Source: Octopus vulgaris
Lineage: Eukaryota
NCBI GenBank assembly: GCA_951406725.2
Contig: OX597826.1
Coordinates: 33,604,001-33,668,000 of the forward strand
DNA length: 64,000 nt
Reading direction: 5' to 3'
Part shown: in pieces, positions 51,401-64,000 of the stretch
Position numbering within the stretch: position 1 is the first letter of the stretch
Layout: the number at the start of each line of letters is the position of its first letter
The notes under the pieces: generated by a model
Told to the model about the DNA's origin: nothing
Database searches by the model: none
The model's input: the letters and a program-made list of their open reading frames with translations, nothing else
Program-made: the position numbers and the translations under genes

Positions 51401-53274
51401 TGTATTTTGTTACTAGTATGGGAGTGTCTGAAAGTCTGAAGAAAGTGAGAGCTACCTCTTTTTCCTCTTCAAAATAACTTCTTGAAATAAAGATTTCATG
51501 AATTTTTCCAATGTTGCAATAACTATGGTAAATTAAGCTCCCTCTTAAACAGACATCAATGAACTGGATGGATATAAATGTGATATGTAAAAGAGAAACA
51601 TTCACACACACACACACACACACAGTGGTAAAGATTAGGAGAGAGCAATTAGCAAGGAGATAAGATAACGAAATGAAAAATAATATACTAAATTGTAACT
51701 TATAGCTATAACATTTCATCCCTAGAGAAAGATCTAAAGTGGAAAATGTCAGCAATATTAGGCATATTTTAATTAATTCTCACAGATGGCATAGCGTAAA
51801 TGACAACTTAATGATTCTAGTTTTTTAACATTCTTATTTGTAAATAAAGATGTAAAGCAGGTTTGATGGAACTGGAATGAAAATTTCGTAAAAAATTGGT
51901 AAAAAGAAACAGAAAAGAAAAAGAAGCAGAAAATTCTAAAAAAAAATTACTCATATTAACTATCTAGTTTATTGCTGAGTGTATGTTATATCTGTTAATG
52001 GTATTAACGATTGCAGTGTGGATGGACTGAAGGCTTGATGTTGTAGTCACTAGAGCGGTTTAATGCTTTAATAGTTTGTGGTAGTGATGTCTCTCAACAG
52101 AGGGTGTACGTGGTGCAGTGGATGACAACCGAGAAAGCTGCAGCGGTTAACAGCAGGAGATGTAAATAGATGATAACTGCAGGTAATCAAGTAGCAATCA
52201 AAAGCAATTGCCTGATTAAAACATAAAAGTTCAAATGAATAGCTCATTCATTTGGAATTTTTGCAATTGGTTATATAAAACTAATTCAACTCTACTTTAA
52301 TAGATTGCACAACTCAGCAGTGGCCAATCAAACTGATGATATTTCTCTGCAAGCATTAACACTTTCTGCATATCAGCAATTTATCAACAATTATTTCTGT
52401 AGTCAAAACAACCTTATCTACATTACATCTTTATAGGTCTTTACATGTGCGGGTGCAAGGTTACCAAATGCATATATACACACACACATACGCATGCACA
52501 CACACACACATATGCATGTACATACACACGCACACACTCACACACATATATATATACTACTACAAAAATTTTATATCTTGGACATCCAAGGTTTCAAATC
52601 CACAAAGCAAAGCCTTGTGGACAATTTGTCAGACTCTATATAGAGACAAAATTTTAAATACCTACGTTTTGTCTACAGTAACTCTATATCCAAGATATAA
52701 AATTGTTGCTGTAATAATTACTGCTCTATTCTTTAAAATGTGTTTCTTTCTGATTCTTTCTGAGTGTTTTTTTTTATTAATTATATATACACAGACATGC
52801 AGGAAGTAAATAGTCACCTTTAATTTTCAAAATCTTTTATTTCATATTAATTGGTTGAAGGAGAGGTTTTCTTCTAGCTGCTCGTCCATAATACCCAAAC
52901 TTATGCAGATATGTAACACACGTTCTTAGACTAACTTCCAGCTGTTTTGCAATGTCAGAAGCCTTCGAACGGGGTTATTAGGGTTATTAAAAAGAATCTC
53001 AGTTAATTGCTCAAGTCAATGGTATCAACAAATTTCTGGCCTTCTGCATACATCAAAAACAATTATCATAGTTAGATACTCTAATGTTTTGTTAACAGAG
53101 TGTAGGAAAAATTGTATCTATTGTCACAATATGATTCTATAACAAACACCTTTAACCATTGTGTTCTGTGTGTTGTCTGCAATTAGAAAATGTAAATGTT
53201 TTTAATGTACTGCACTGTTCTATGAATTACTCTTTTGTAGAAAATTGCAATGATTTTTAATATAATAAGATGCT

Positions 53275-53435
53275 TTTTCATCTGTTTTTATGTTCTGGGT
53301 TCAAATTCTACCGAGGTCGACTTTGTCTTTCATCCTTTCAGGGTTGATAAATTAAGTACCAGTTGCATACTGAGATCGATCTAATTGATTGGCCCCACCA
53401 CCCAAAAATTTCTGGTCTTGTGCCTAGAGCAGAAA
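53275..53435 (+). mobile_element. SINE family A, 3' part
   Basis: Box B and core. Confidence 0.75.
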
Positions 53436-54637
53436 ATAATATAATAAAGCATTTTAAAAGCTTATGATGTTGAATTATGTTTTAAGTGGCTTATTTAATC
53501 CACTGTTAGTTTTAAAAATGGGTTGAAAATCACTCTTATAGTAGTAATATTTTAACTTGTGACTATGTGATGTGATCAGTTGTTCACCTTAAACTTACAG
53601 CTATTCTTCTATGATTGTATATGTGTGCATGTGTATATGTAAGCATTTGCATATGTGTACCAGTGTGTGTGAGCTGCAGATTTCAGTTTATAAAACTTGG
53701 TTCACTGAAAATCTGTTGATCTAAACAGGACTGCATGTAACCCATCCACCTTTCACTGCACTCTCACACCCAACAGTTGCCATCACAACTGCTACACTAT
53801 TCACCCCAACCAATACCATCACCACAACCAACACAACTACACACAACCACCACCTTCAAAACTGTTGCCCTACACACCACAGCCACCACCACCATCACCA
53901 CCACCACTACCAGCGCCAATACCCTACTATTGTAAATACAAAGATGTACCAAGTAGCACCTGAAGGGGTTTAATGAAACAAAGAAAACGATTGGCTGAGG
54001 AAGAAAGGGAAAAGGATTTTAAAGTAGAATCAATACAACCGTTTCCCAGGAAGTCCTCAACAATATCCTGTAAATATTGATTGATTTATGCACTTTCTGC
54101 TCTTATCACACCTATTCAACATGTTTGCAAATGTTATGTATGTCTGGTTCTCCCTCTCTACAACCTTCTCTCTCCCTCCCTCTATCTTGACTTCTCTCTC
54201 ACCTTCTGCCTCTCTCCCTCACACTCTCTCTCTCTCCCTCTTCTTCTCTATACCTTACTTGCCTGCACTTATAGAATGGTCCGGTTCCATATGAAATACG
54301 GTTCTTGGTACACTGATTTATCAATAAATATAGCTGTTTTTATTAATAATTTAACTGTTGTCATTGTATTAGAGATAATCTAGTCTCTATCATGTATACA
54401 TAGACCTGATTAGAAATGCATCTGTACAGGCATGTACAGGTTTATAGACACACACACACACACACACACGCACACACACACTCACACACACACATACACA
54501 CATACATGCACACATACACATGCACATGTAGATGCGCTCATGCACATGCATACATACAGATATGCATAAATACATATTTGTGCATTGCGAATATGTATGT
54601 GTGTGTGTATATATATATATATTTATATACATATATT

Positions 54638-54712
<75 letters not shown>

Positions 54713-54953
54713 ATTAATATTTCTATATATACATGAGAGGGTACTGAAAAGTTCCTGGCTTTAAGAGTATCGCAAAAGGCCTGGCTGGAGGCCCAACCAT
54801 TTCAGTTCTTTTGCTGTGCTTAGAAGAACTGAAGGGTTTCTGCAATAAGTTTGTGAATCTGAGAGGGAAATATGTTGAATAAAATCATAATTAACTGATC
54901 TTCCTGTATTTTCTTTTATCCAAAGCCAAGAACTTGTATATGTATATATATAT

Positions 54954-55013
<60 letters not shown>

Positions 55014-55186
55014 ATGTGTGTGTGTGTCTATATATAAATATATGTGCACATATACATACATATATTTATATATTTATATATATATAAAGTTAATCCAAAC
55101 AAGAAAGCACAAAAAAACACAACAACGCGAGGACGTGGAACAAATATAGTATTATTGGATACTCAGGAAAGAAGGAAAGAAGGAAG

Positions 55187-55221
55187 GTTTAACGTTTCGA
55201 GTGGAGCTCTTCATCGGAAAC
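55187..55221 (-). ncRNA. Minimal hammerhead motif, family E2, core CCGAUGA
   Basis: GTTT-CCGATGA-A-GAG-CTCCA-CTC-GAAAC-GTT-AAAC. Confidence 0.65.
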
Positions 55222-55753
55222 GTAGGAGAAGGAAAGATCCAGAGAAGGGAAGACAAGAAAAAAAATCGCCAATGGTACACATGAGGTCACATATATATAT
55301 GTATGTCTATCTATCTACCTATTTATCTATCTATACATCATTATCATCATTGTTGAACGTCTCCTTTCCATGCTGGCATGGGTTGGAAGGTTTGACTGAG
55401 GACTGGCAAGCTAGGAGGCAGCACCAGGCTCCAAAGTGATCTGTCAACCACCCCGAGAGTGTAGCAGGTGCTTTTTACATGCCACTGGCACGGGGCCAGT
55501 CACGGGGTTGCATTGGCATTGACCATGATCATATGGTGCCTTTTACATACTACCGGCATGGAAGCCAGTCTGGTGGGACTGGCATGATTCAAGGATTGAG
55601 AACAATCCATAATAAAGTATTGTTCAGGGACAATTGTGGTTTATTGAGACAGAAGGCCGTGGCTTTTTTTCATATCATAATAGGATAAACTGGAAAAATT
55701 TCCTTTTATATTTCATGGAAGGCGATCAGGATTGCTGAGTATACAAATAAGAC

Positions 55754-56239
55754 TACATGAGTTAAGGAATGGAACAGATAAGATCTGGGCTACACATGTT
55801 TCATAGTAAGTGGAACCTTGGAATTGGTAAATATCCAAGTGCCGTGTATACTGCAGGCTAATCATCAGGATACCTTGATTAAATGGAAGTTTACATTATC
55901 ACAAGGAGGTACGTGTTAACACATGAAAGATTTAATCAGAATGTCCAAGCTATGCTAGCATGGAAAACGGACGCCAAACGATGATGATGATGATGATGAT
56001 GTTTAGAGAGCACAGCAAGAGTGGAGAATATTACTGTGCTCTGTAAACATTCTGATCGATTCATCCATGTTAACATGTACATTCTTGCTGCAATTGTAAA
56101 CTTTCATTTAATCAAGATACCCTTGGCCTGATGATTAAGCCTGCAGCATACACCTCGCTTAGTAATTTACCACTTCCAAGGTTCCGCTCGCTATGAAACA
56201 TATGTGGCCCAGGTCTTATCTGCTCCATTCCTTAACTCT

Positions 56240-56243
<4 letters not shown>
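55754..56243. mobile_element. Palindromic element with an HHR motif in each arm; RTE tail inserted at 55943-56000
   Basis: Arms are reverse complements; right arm GGC-CTGATGA...GAAAC-ATAT-GTG-GCC at 56125-56209. Confidence 0.7.
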
Positions 56244-56287
<44 letters not shown>

Positions 56288-56569
56288 TAAAAACAGTAAG
56301 ATAACAAAAGAAAGAAAGAGACCTCAATATTATGTAAATAGAGGAAATTTATCTGTAAAATAGTATGTGACAATTATTCGGTAGCCAAGATAAAACTCTG
56401 AGTTTCGGATGCCGAGGTGGAAATCCTCAACACCATCGCTTCGGTTATCTGGCCATATATATATATTTATATTTATATTATACACACACACACACACTCA
56501 GACACACATGCACGCACACACACTTACACACATGTAAAAGTGTGCTTTTTTTGTGTGTCTGCAGGCATG

Positions 56570-56603
<34 letters not shown>

Positions 56604-57519
56604 CCGGTGTGTGTTTGTGTCTCCTTGTCTCGACACCATGTGATAGTTGTAAACAAGCATCACCGTCATACAAGAGGTATTCTTTGATTCCAGTCTTCTG
56701 TGGAAACATGTCTGGCCTTGAGGAAATATTGCCTTGCTCGGAAACAAGTGAGTGTTGGGTACAGGAAGAGCATCCAGCTGAGAATGTCTGCCTCAGCTGT
56801 TCCTGTTGAGTACTCTTTTACTCCATTTTCCTCAGAACTTTCAAAAACTGGATATTCTACGTGCTTAATTCAAGTTGCTAAAACAAGTGAGTTTTTATTC
56901 AATTAATTATCATTCCTTTTAAAAGGAAGAAATTCTATTGAATGTTTTAGTTTTTTTTTATTGTTTTTGTTGACATCATTGGATGTTAACACCATCTTTA
57001 AGAGTTGGATTAATATTTTTACAGGCATTGGATTAAAATTCTGACATGCACAACTGTTTTACAAGGCAACTAAAATTCTATTAAATTGTTTTCTTTTTTT
57101 GCAAAAACAGAAATTTATTAGAATTTCATTTGAAATTTTTGGTCCATATTTGGTTCAACACATTTTCGAAATTGTGTCAGGTCAACCATGAAACGCCCAC
57201 CAACAAAGGAAAAACAACATCATTTCTATGAATACAAGGTGGAAAAAGAAAAAAAATAACGGAAACAAAATTGCAGACAGATACATTTTTCAAACATGGC
57301 GACTTTAACATTTCCTAGAAAGACAAATTATTGATTGATTCTGAGAGCTCACTCAATTGCAACAACAACAACAACAACAACAACAAAGCAGTGTTCCTGA
57401 CATAAATGTTGCTGAACAAGAAAGGCATAAAACAGAGCCATTTTGGTAAATTCTGCCAGTTTTGCCTGAAGTACCTCTAACATTCTTCCAATAAACATGG
57501 AATATACATTTCTATATCG

Positions 57520-57896
57520 CTAAACATAGAGGGGATAAACAAGGGCAGACAAAGGGATTAAGTCAATTACATCAACTCCAGTGCATAAATAGTACTTATT
57601 TAATCAACCCCAAAAGAATGAAAGGCAAAGTTGACCTCGGCAGAATTTGAACTCAGAAATACCTATTTCTTTACTACCCACAAGGGGCTACACACAGAGG
57701 GGACAAACAAGGACAGACAAACGGATTAAGTCAATTATATCGACCACAGTGCATAACTGGTACTTATTTAATCGACCCCGAAAGGATGAAAGGCAAAGTC
57801 GACCTCGGTGGAATTTGAACTCAGAACGTAGCGGCAGACGAAATACCACTAAGCATTTCGCCCGGCGTGCTAACGGTTTTGCCAGCTCGCCGCCCT
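57520..57896 (-). mobile_element. SINE family A full copy plus tandem partial copy
   Basis: Tail GAAATAGGTATTT runs into box B of a second unit. Confidence 0.85.
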
Positions 57897-60479
57897 TACA
57901 TGGAATATACACAAATCCAAAATGAAACAATGACAAAGTTGCTTTTCTGAAGATTCTATCTTCATGCTTGGAAAATGAATTGAGAAGCAAGCAAAGCAAG
58001 AATTAATCTACCTCATAAAAGAGGGGGAGTTTCAATATGCCCACCATGAGTAAAGAAGGCTCTCCATAGTGAGGAGTAAACCTTATGGCACCATCTTCCT
58101 GAGTTTTAAATCTAAGCTAGAGGTTCAGAAATCAGTAGATGTAATTCACAAGACATTTGCTCATCTTTATTACACTGTCTCATGTATTCATGTCCAAGTA
58201 TGTAGGGCAATGTAGTAGAAGGTTAACAGTCAAGGACAAAACAAATGATATGAACCATGAATTATCTACCTTTGTAGCTCCGTATAGACAGGTAATAAGC
58301 GCATAGATCCAAAGATATGATTTTTGGTCAAGAAAAGATCAGTCGACCAAATAACACAAGAATGGGTTGAGCTTGTCTAGTGTCAAGGGTCACTCTAAAA
58401 GTTCTTCATGTTTTATATTAAATATCATACATTGTTTAAAATTTTTGAATTAAAAGACGTTCCAATACAGTAAACATAGTATGTGTGTTTGTTTATATGT
58501 CCATTAACTGTGAGATAACATCCCAGGAGATGTCTCTTCATGATGCCAAACATTAAAGAACACTGAATATCTGAGAGCAGGTGAGACAATTTGCTCCAAA
58601 TGTGAGTTGATATTTTTTCATGTTTTAATTAAATTTTTCTATTTTAAAACTACTCATTGCATCTCACCAATCACTCTTTTTGCCTTGTTTTGTTTGTACG
58701 GTCTTACACACAACTTCTGTGATTATAACACTTATATTATATTTGCAAACCCTTGAGGCTAATAATGGAAACCACTGTTGTTGCTTCTGGTCTTTCTTGT
58801 CCTTGCAACACTTGTTTATTGTGTAACTGTTTATGGATTTCATTTTGTAAATTTTTATTCAAAAAACAGCATCAAATATTATTTATTTGCCGCATCACAC
58901 AGAATTATTACAAAGAGACATAAGAAGTTTGTTTTTATTCTTCTGCCATGTGTAGGTAAAAATGTAAAAAAAAGTAAATGCCTTGAGAATTTTTCAAAAT
59001 TTTGTTATTGTTGTTTAGCCATATTTCAAAGTGGTGTAACAGAATGAAGAGCTTGAGATAGTTGTAATACTGATATAAACAAATACATCCCACAGACAAG
59101 CGTGTGTGAAAAACAAAACATTTGCAGAAATTTAAAAAGAGAAACCCAACAGATATGAAGAAGACTAACAAAACAGGAAAGATACAAACACAAGGAATGA
59201 AAAATAATAACTTTCTGACAAATAACTGTCATAATGTTATTGAATATTTGCTGTGAAAAAGCAAGCAAAAACTTTTACACGCATATATGCACTCATGTAA
59301 ACTTCGTCAAATAAGAACAAGGAGGAAAACTTGAGGGCTAGCTTAGTTTTTTTGCAAATATAACCTCCAAGAAATGAATTCCAGGCATAGACACTTATAT
59401 CAAAGAAAGACCCATTTTTCAGTAGCATGAGACCAAAATCAGGTGGATGTTTACCTGAAGCTGTTACACAGGTGCTTGAAGAGACCAAGAGTATTTATCC
59501 ATGCTTTGTTAAAACTATAATGGGCTTTCTTGTATCCTCCATATAAAGTTGGAAGTACTCTTAGCTGCTAAATGCACCGAAATCTCTTGCTTCAAATGAG
59601 TGAAGGCATATGTTACAATAAATGTTGATTTTAAAACCAGGGTAGGTTTTAGTAGATAAGATCAATTCGTGTTCCACATGTGTGCTCAAAAAATGAATCT
59701 CACATTATTAGGGGTGAAGGAACACAAAGGTCACTGTAAAGGATATCAGTAATAGCACTGTCATCTGGCTCACGGTTGTCTTTGAGCTTCTAACACAATG
59801 GGCTGGTGGTCGACATTGATGTAGCTTTTAGTGATATGAAGTTAGGTGAGAATCTCTTTGGACATACAAGTACTCATGGTTTCACAAGTCTACAACATAA
59901 TCTCAGAATTGTACCCTAGAGAGAATTCAAAAAGAGGAAATTTTAGAATTGATGGTTTAGGGTAGAAAATCAAGATGCTACACATGCAAGAATATAGTTA
60001 AGGAATTTTTGCTCAAACAAAATAGCTGTAATATAAAACTATAAATAAAAAGTGTAAAAAGTAAAAATAAAAATTTACAGTAGGCTTCAGAACCAATGTC
60101 GTCTTTTGGTGTGGAACTAAAATCATCAAAGGAGATCACTTAACCTCATTCCAAGAACTAAGAAGCAAATAGAAACCTCCAATTTGGCAGCACCACTCCA
60201 TTGTCTTGAGACAATAAAGAGGACAAGGTAAGTGAGAAACAGTAAACAAGAAACGGTAAGCAAAAGTTGAGTTCATTGACTCCAAGCTGAAATGAAGTTT
60301 AGTTTTTCACCCAACAAATAAAGGACAGACAAGAAAATTAGAAGAGAGTGGAAGGGGAGGGGCCTGCAGTGAGTGTTGGGAAGATGGGGGAGGTTTGACA
60401 AAGGACAGATAATGTGTATGTAGACATGAGTGGAGAATGACTATAAAGAATATGCCTGTATGTGTGGATGGCCATGATT

Positions 60480-61200
60480 TCAACTTAGCTTGAAGTGTCA
60501 TATCAAGCGCAGCAAATCACCAGAAGTTGCGATCTCTTGTCATCTCCTCTGTGAGGTTCATCACCTGAAGATCATTTCTCACTAGTTTGTCATCCCATGT
60601 CTTCTTGGGTCTATCTCTTCCACTTGTTCTCTTCACAGTTACAGATCAATACTCCATACCAGTACAATGTTCTCTCTTGCATACACCCCATGTACCCAGT
60701 TTTTCTCTCAAGCCAGTTACACTATGCCGTATAGGCACACTGACATTGCCCATCCAGTGGAGCAAAGCTTCGTTTCTTTCCAGTCTTTGCATGTTCTCTC
60801 TAGTCACAGGCCGCATTTCACTGCCATATAATGCCATATAATATACCTGTTCGGACACAGCAATCATACAGAGAGTCTTTCACTCAGAGGGATAAGCCCT
60901 TTGTTACCAACAAAGGTAATTGCTCTCTGAACTTTGCCTAGCCTGTTCTTATTCTGGCAACTAGGCTCCCTGAACATCCTCCTCCATGACTAACTTGGTC
61001 GCCAAGGTGACAGAAGCTATCTACTACTTCTGGGGATCCCTCTGGACATTTGAGGAAGTCTATTTCCTGTACATGCTTAGTGTTTATTATCCCTGCACAT
61101 CTGCCATACATAAAGACTACTTTTCTCTGTTAACCTTCCTATTATTATCATTAATCAGTATTGATGTTGTTGTTGGTTCATCAGTGTTTACATCCATTCA
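60480..61200 (-). mobile_element. Decayed RTE LINE ORF fragment
   Basis: KFREQLPLLVTKGLS, LYGSE..QRLERNEA..LREKLG, GRDRPKKTWD with stops and frameshifts. Confidence 0.85.
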
Positions 61201-61616
61201 TTTGCTCCACTATAAAACATGGCATCTTGATATGTTTATTGACACACACCTATATATGCACACCTGGCTTCATTGCAACAAATATAAAGTATATGCAGGT
61301 ATGCTTCATATATACACAACTTACTAATTTATACACACACACACACACACACACATTTATAAGTGTACAAATATATATGCACACATGTGTACATAATATC
61401 ACATTAGCTGCATATTCATGGCATATAAATAAATAAATATATATATACATACATACATTCATATATATATATATACACTTATATACATACACACACACAC
61501 TCACACACATACACGCAGATACACACATGCACACAGATACATGCACAAATATATATATATATGTATATATATATGTATATATATATATATACATACACAC
61601 ATACACACATATATAC

Positions 61617-61669
<53 letters not shown>

Positions 61670-62419
61670 TATATATATTTCCATGTAGGTATAAACGTAT
61701 CAACATCAGCAGCACTTCTTTCCATGTATTTGGTTTAGACATACAAACTTACAAACACACACACATACATGCAATTATCTTATGCATAAATCATTACACC
61801 TATACACACACACACACAAACACACACACAGGGAAGGGATACATGCGTATACATTATTTTCCAGTTAATTCAAACTAAACTGTTCTCCTCCCAACTCATT
61901 TTTCAATTATATTTCATATATTCAGTTTCCTGTTATCTGTTTTCTGCTTAGACAATTTCCTCTATTATTTTCACAATAACTTAAATTCACATTTTAATGG
62001 TATTTTCTTGGTGACGACAATGATGATAATAAGAGTAATAAATTATTATTATTATTATCATCTTTCTTCTTCTTCTTCTTCTTCTTCTTATTATTATTAT
62101 CATCATTCTTCTTCTTCTTCTTATTATTATTATTACCATCATAATCGTCATCATCATCATTATTGTTGTTGTCTTTCTATAATCGTGTTTTCAACAGTTT
62201 TATGAGAGTTTCCACTGCATCGACGCTGCCGCCACCACCACCACCACCTGCAGCTCCCCCCCCCCACCATGTGTGCAGCATTGTTCTTTGGAGACGTGGA
62301 ATTATGTTTGTTTTTTCGCATCAATTCTGTATTATTTTGGTTGTATGGTTTCATTGTTTTTGACTTTAGTTTTTTTGTTTGCGTCTATTTTGTTGACAAC
62401 GTGTTGTGTGAATCTGTTA

Positions 62420-62740
62420 TTTTCTATTTGTTTCAGGCGCTAGACTGTGGACATGCTGGGGCACCACCTTAAACAATTTTTAGCTGAATGAATTGACCCC
62501 AGGACTTATGGATTTTGTCAAGCTTGGTACTTATTCCAGTGATCTTTTTTGTCAAACTGCTAAGTTATAGGGAATATAAACACACCAACACTGGTTGTAA
62601 AGAAGTGGTAGAGGACAAACACTGACACACACACACACACACCACACATAAATGTACGATGGGCTGCTTTCAATTTCTATCTGTCAGTTCCACTCACAAG
62701 ACTTTGGTCAGCCCAAGGCTATAGTAGTAGACACTTGCCT
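62420..62740 (-). mobile_element. SINE family B
   Basis: Family motifs. Confidence 0.75.
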
Positions 62741-62839
62741 AAGTTAAGATCAGAAGCCACGAGAGCCACTGCCTGGTACTGCATCAGGGCATTTATTATC
62801 ATTATTATTATTATAATTATTATTATTATTATTATTATT

Positions 62840-63120
62840 ATTCTATGCTTGACTTTTGCTTTACATTTGTACAAGTTGGCTCCAAGTCTCACCCAGAGAC
62901 CTCAAGAGACAACAGGCTGGAAGTTCATGTTGTTGTTATGCCTAGTGTGTCATATATTTGGTTTTGTATTTAGTGTTGTACTAGTGAATGTCTAAAAAAA
63001 ACCATACGAAAATTATATTTGTTTTAAAACTTGAGATTACATAGAAAGTATTTTGCATAGGATATGAGCAGTTCCCATGAGCACTATCTTTTGAATTTCT
63101 GCCATTTTTGGGTTTCTTTT
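62840..63120 (-). mobile_element. R4/Dong-like non-LTR element 3' end in (TAA)n
   Basis: AEIQKIVLMGTAHILCKILSM* matches the end of the restriction-like-endonuclease ORF; the UTR ends in (TAA)n. Confidence 0.75.
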
Positions 63121-63141
63121 TTTTTGGTGGGGGGTCCTTTC

Positions 63142-63213
<72 letters not shown>

Positions 63214-63217
63214 TGTG

Positions 63218-63970
63218 GTGGTGGTGAGCTGGCAGAGTACAACAGGCAAAATGTTTAGTGGCATTTTGTCTGTCTTTACATTCCAAGTTCAAATTCTGCT
63301 GAGGTCGACTTTGCCTTTCATCCTTTTGGAATCGATAAATTAAGAACCAGTGAAACACCGGGGTCAATGTAATCAACTAGTCCCCTCATCCAAATTACAG
63401 GCCTTGTGCCTATTGTAGAAAGGATTATCATTTTTATTATGAGGGTGAGCTGGTAAAATCGTTAGCATGCTGGACAAAATGCAGCATATGTCTGTCTTTA
63501 CGTTTTGAGTTCAAATTCAGGGTCCATAAAAGATATACCAGTTGAACATTGGGATCGATGTAATTAACTTACCCCCTCCCCTCAAATTTCGGGCTTTGTT
63601 CCTCTAGTAGAAAGGATTATTATTATTATAATTATTAGACTTTGCCTTTCATCCTTTCAGGGTTGATAAAATAAATACCAGTCATGTATTGGTGTCAATG
63701 TAATCAACTTCGCCTTCTTCTTACAAAAAAAAAAAAAACGAATAAAAAACCCGCTGGCTCAATGCCAAAAATCTGGAAAACATTATTAAAGGAGGTTAAG
63801 TTGACAGAATTATTTGAGTTGTCTGTAAAACATGGTTTGTGGTATTCGTTTTAGATCTTTACAGTCTAAGTTCGCATCCGCCCCGCTTTCAAGGTCAATG
63901 AAATAAAGCACCCAACAAGAAATGGGGTCAACGTGATTGTCTAAAATTGCTGGTCTTGTGTCAAAACTTG
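63218..63970 (+). mobile_element. Cluster of about four SINE family A copies/fragments
   Basis: Repeated heads, box B and core, separated by (TAT)n. Confidence 0.75.
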
Positions 63971-64000
63971 CAAGAATTCTTACTCTTGTTATGATTCTCT

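Noticed and set aside
52101-52181. AG...GT bounded 81-nt exon
   Set aside because: Stops in all three frames; could only be a non-coding exon, with no evidence for it.
59237-59488. ORF with GGYICKK resembling a P-element/THAP9 motif
   Set aside because: One short motif only, with no other transposase features.
62743-62790. U2 snRNA-like CCTGGTACTGCA
   Set aside because: The match is too short; more likely a LINE tail.

Overview
AT-rich, microsatellite-saturated animal DNA. The SINE/LINE repertoire looks like an Octopus (coleoid cephalopod) genome, probably intergenic or deep-intronic; this is recognition from memory, not a database match. No intact protein-coding gene can be supported, and almost all ORFs in the track are translations of (TA)n/(CA)n/(GA)n/triplet repeats. 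The window contains several tRNA-headed SINE families, many 5'-truncated RTE LINE ends, an R4/Dong-like end in (TAA)n, hAT, mariner and piggyBac-type remnants, and many fold-back palindromes. The main hidden signal is a dense set of short non-coding elements lodged in or beside (TA)n arrays, each carrying a minimal type-I hammerhead ribozyme (HHR) motif of the Penelope-like kind with a palindromic stem III. One has a fully canonical core (32273-32311). Two multi-copy families share non-canonical catalytic cores (C at position 4; U at position 6), and one family fuses a tRNA-derived SINE head to an HHR. All folding was done by eye and repeat boundaries are approximate (about +/-10-20 bp).
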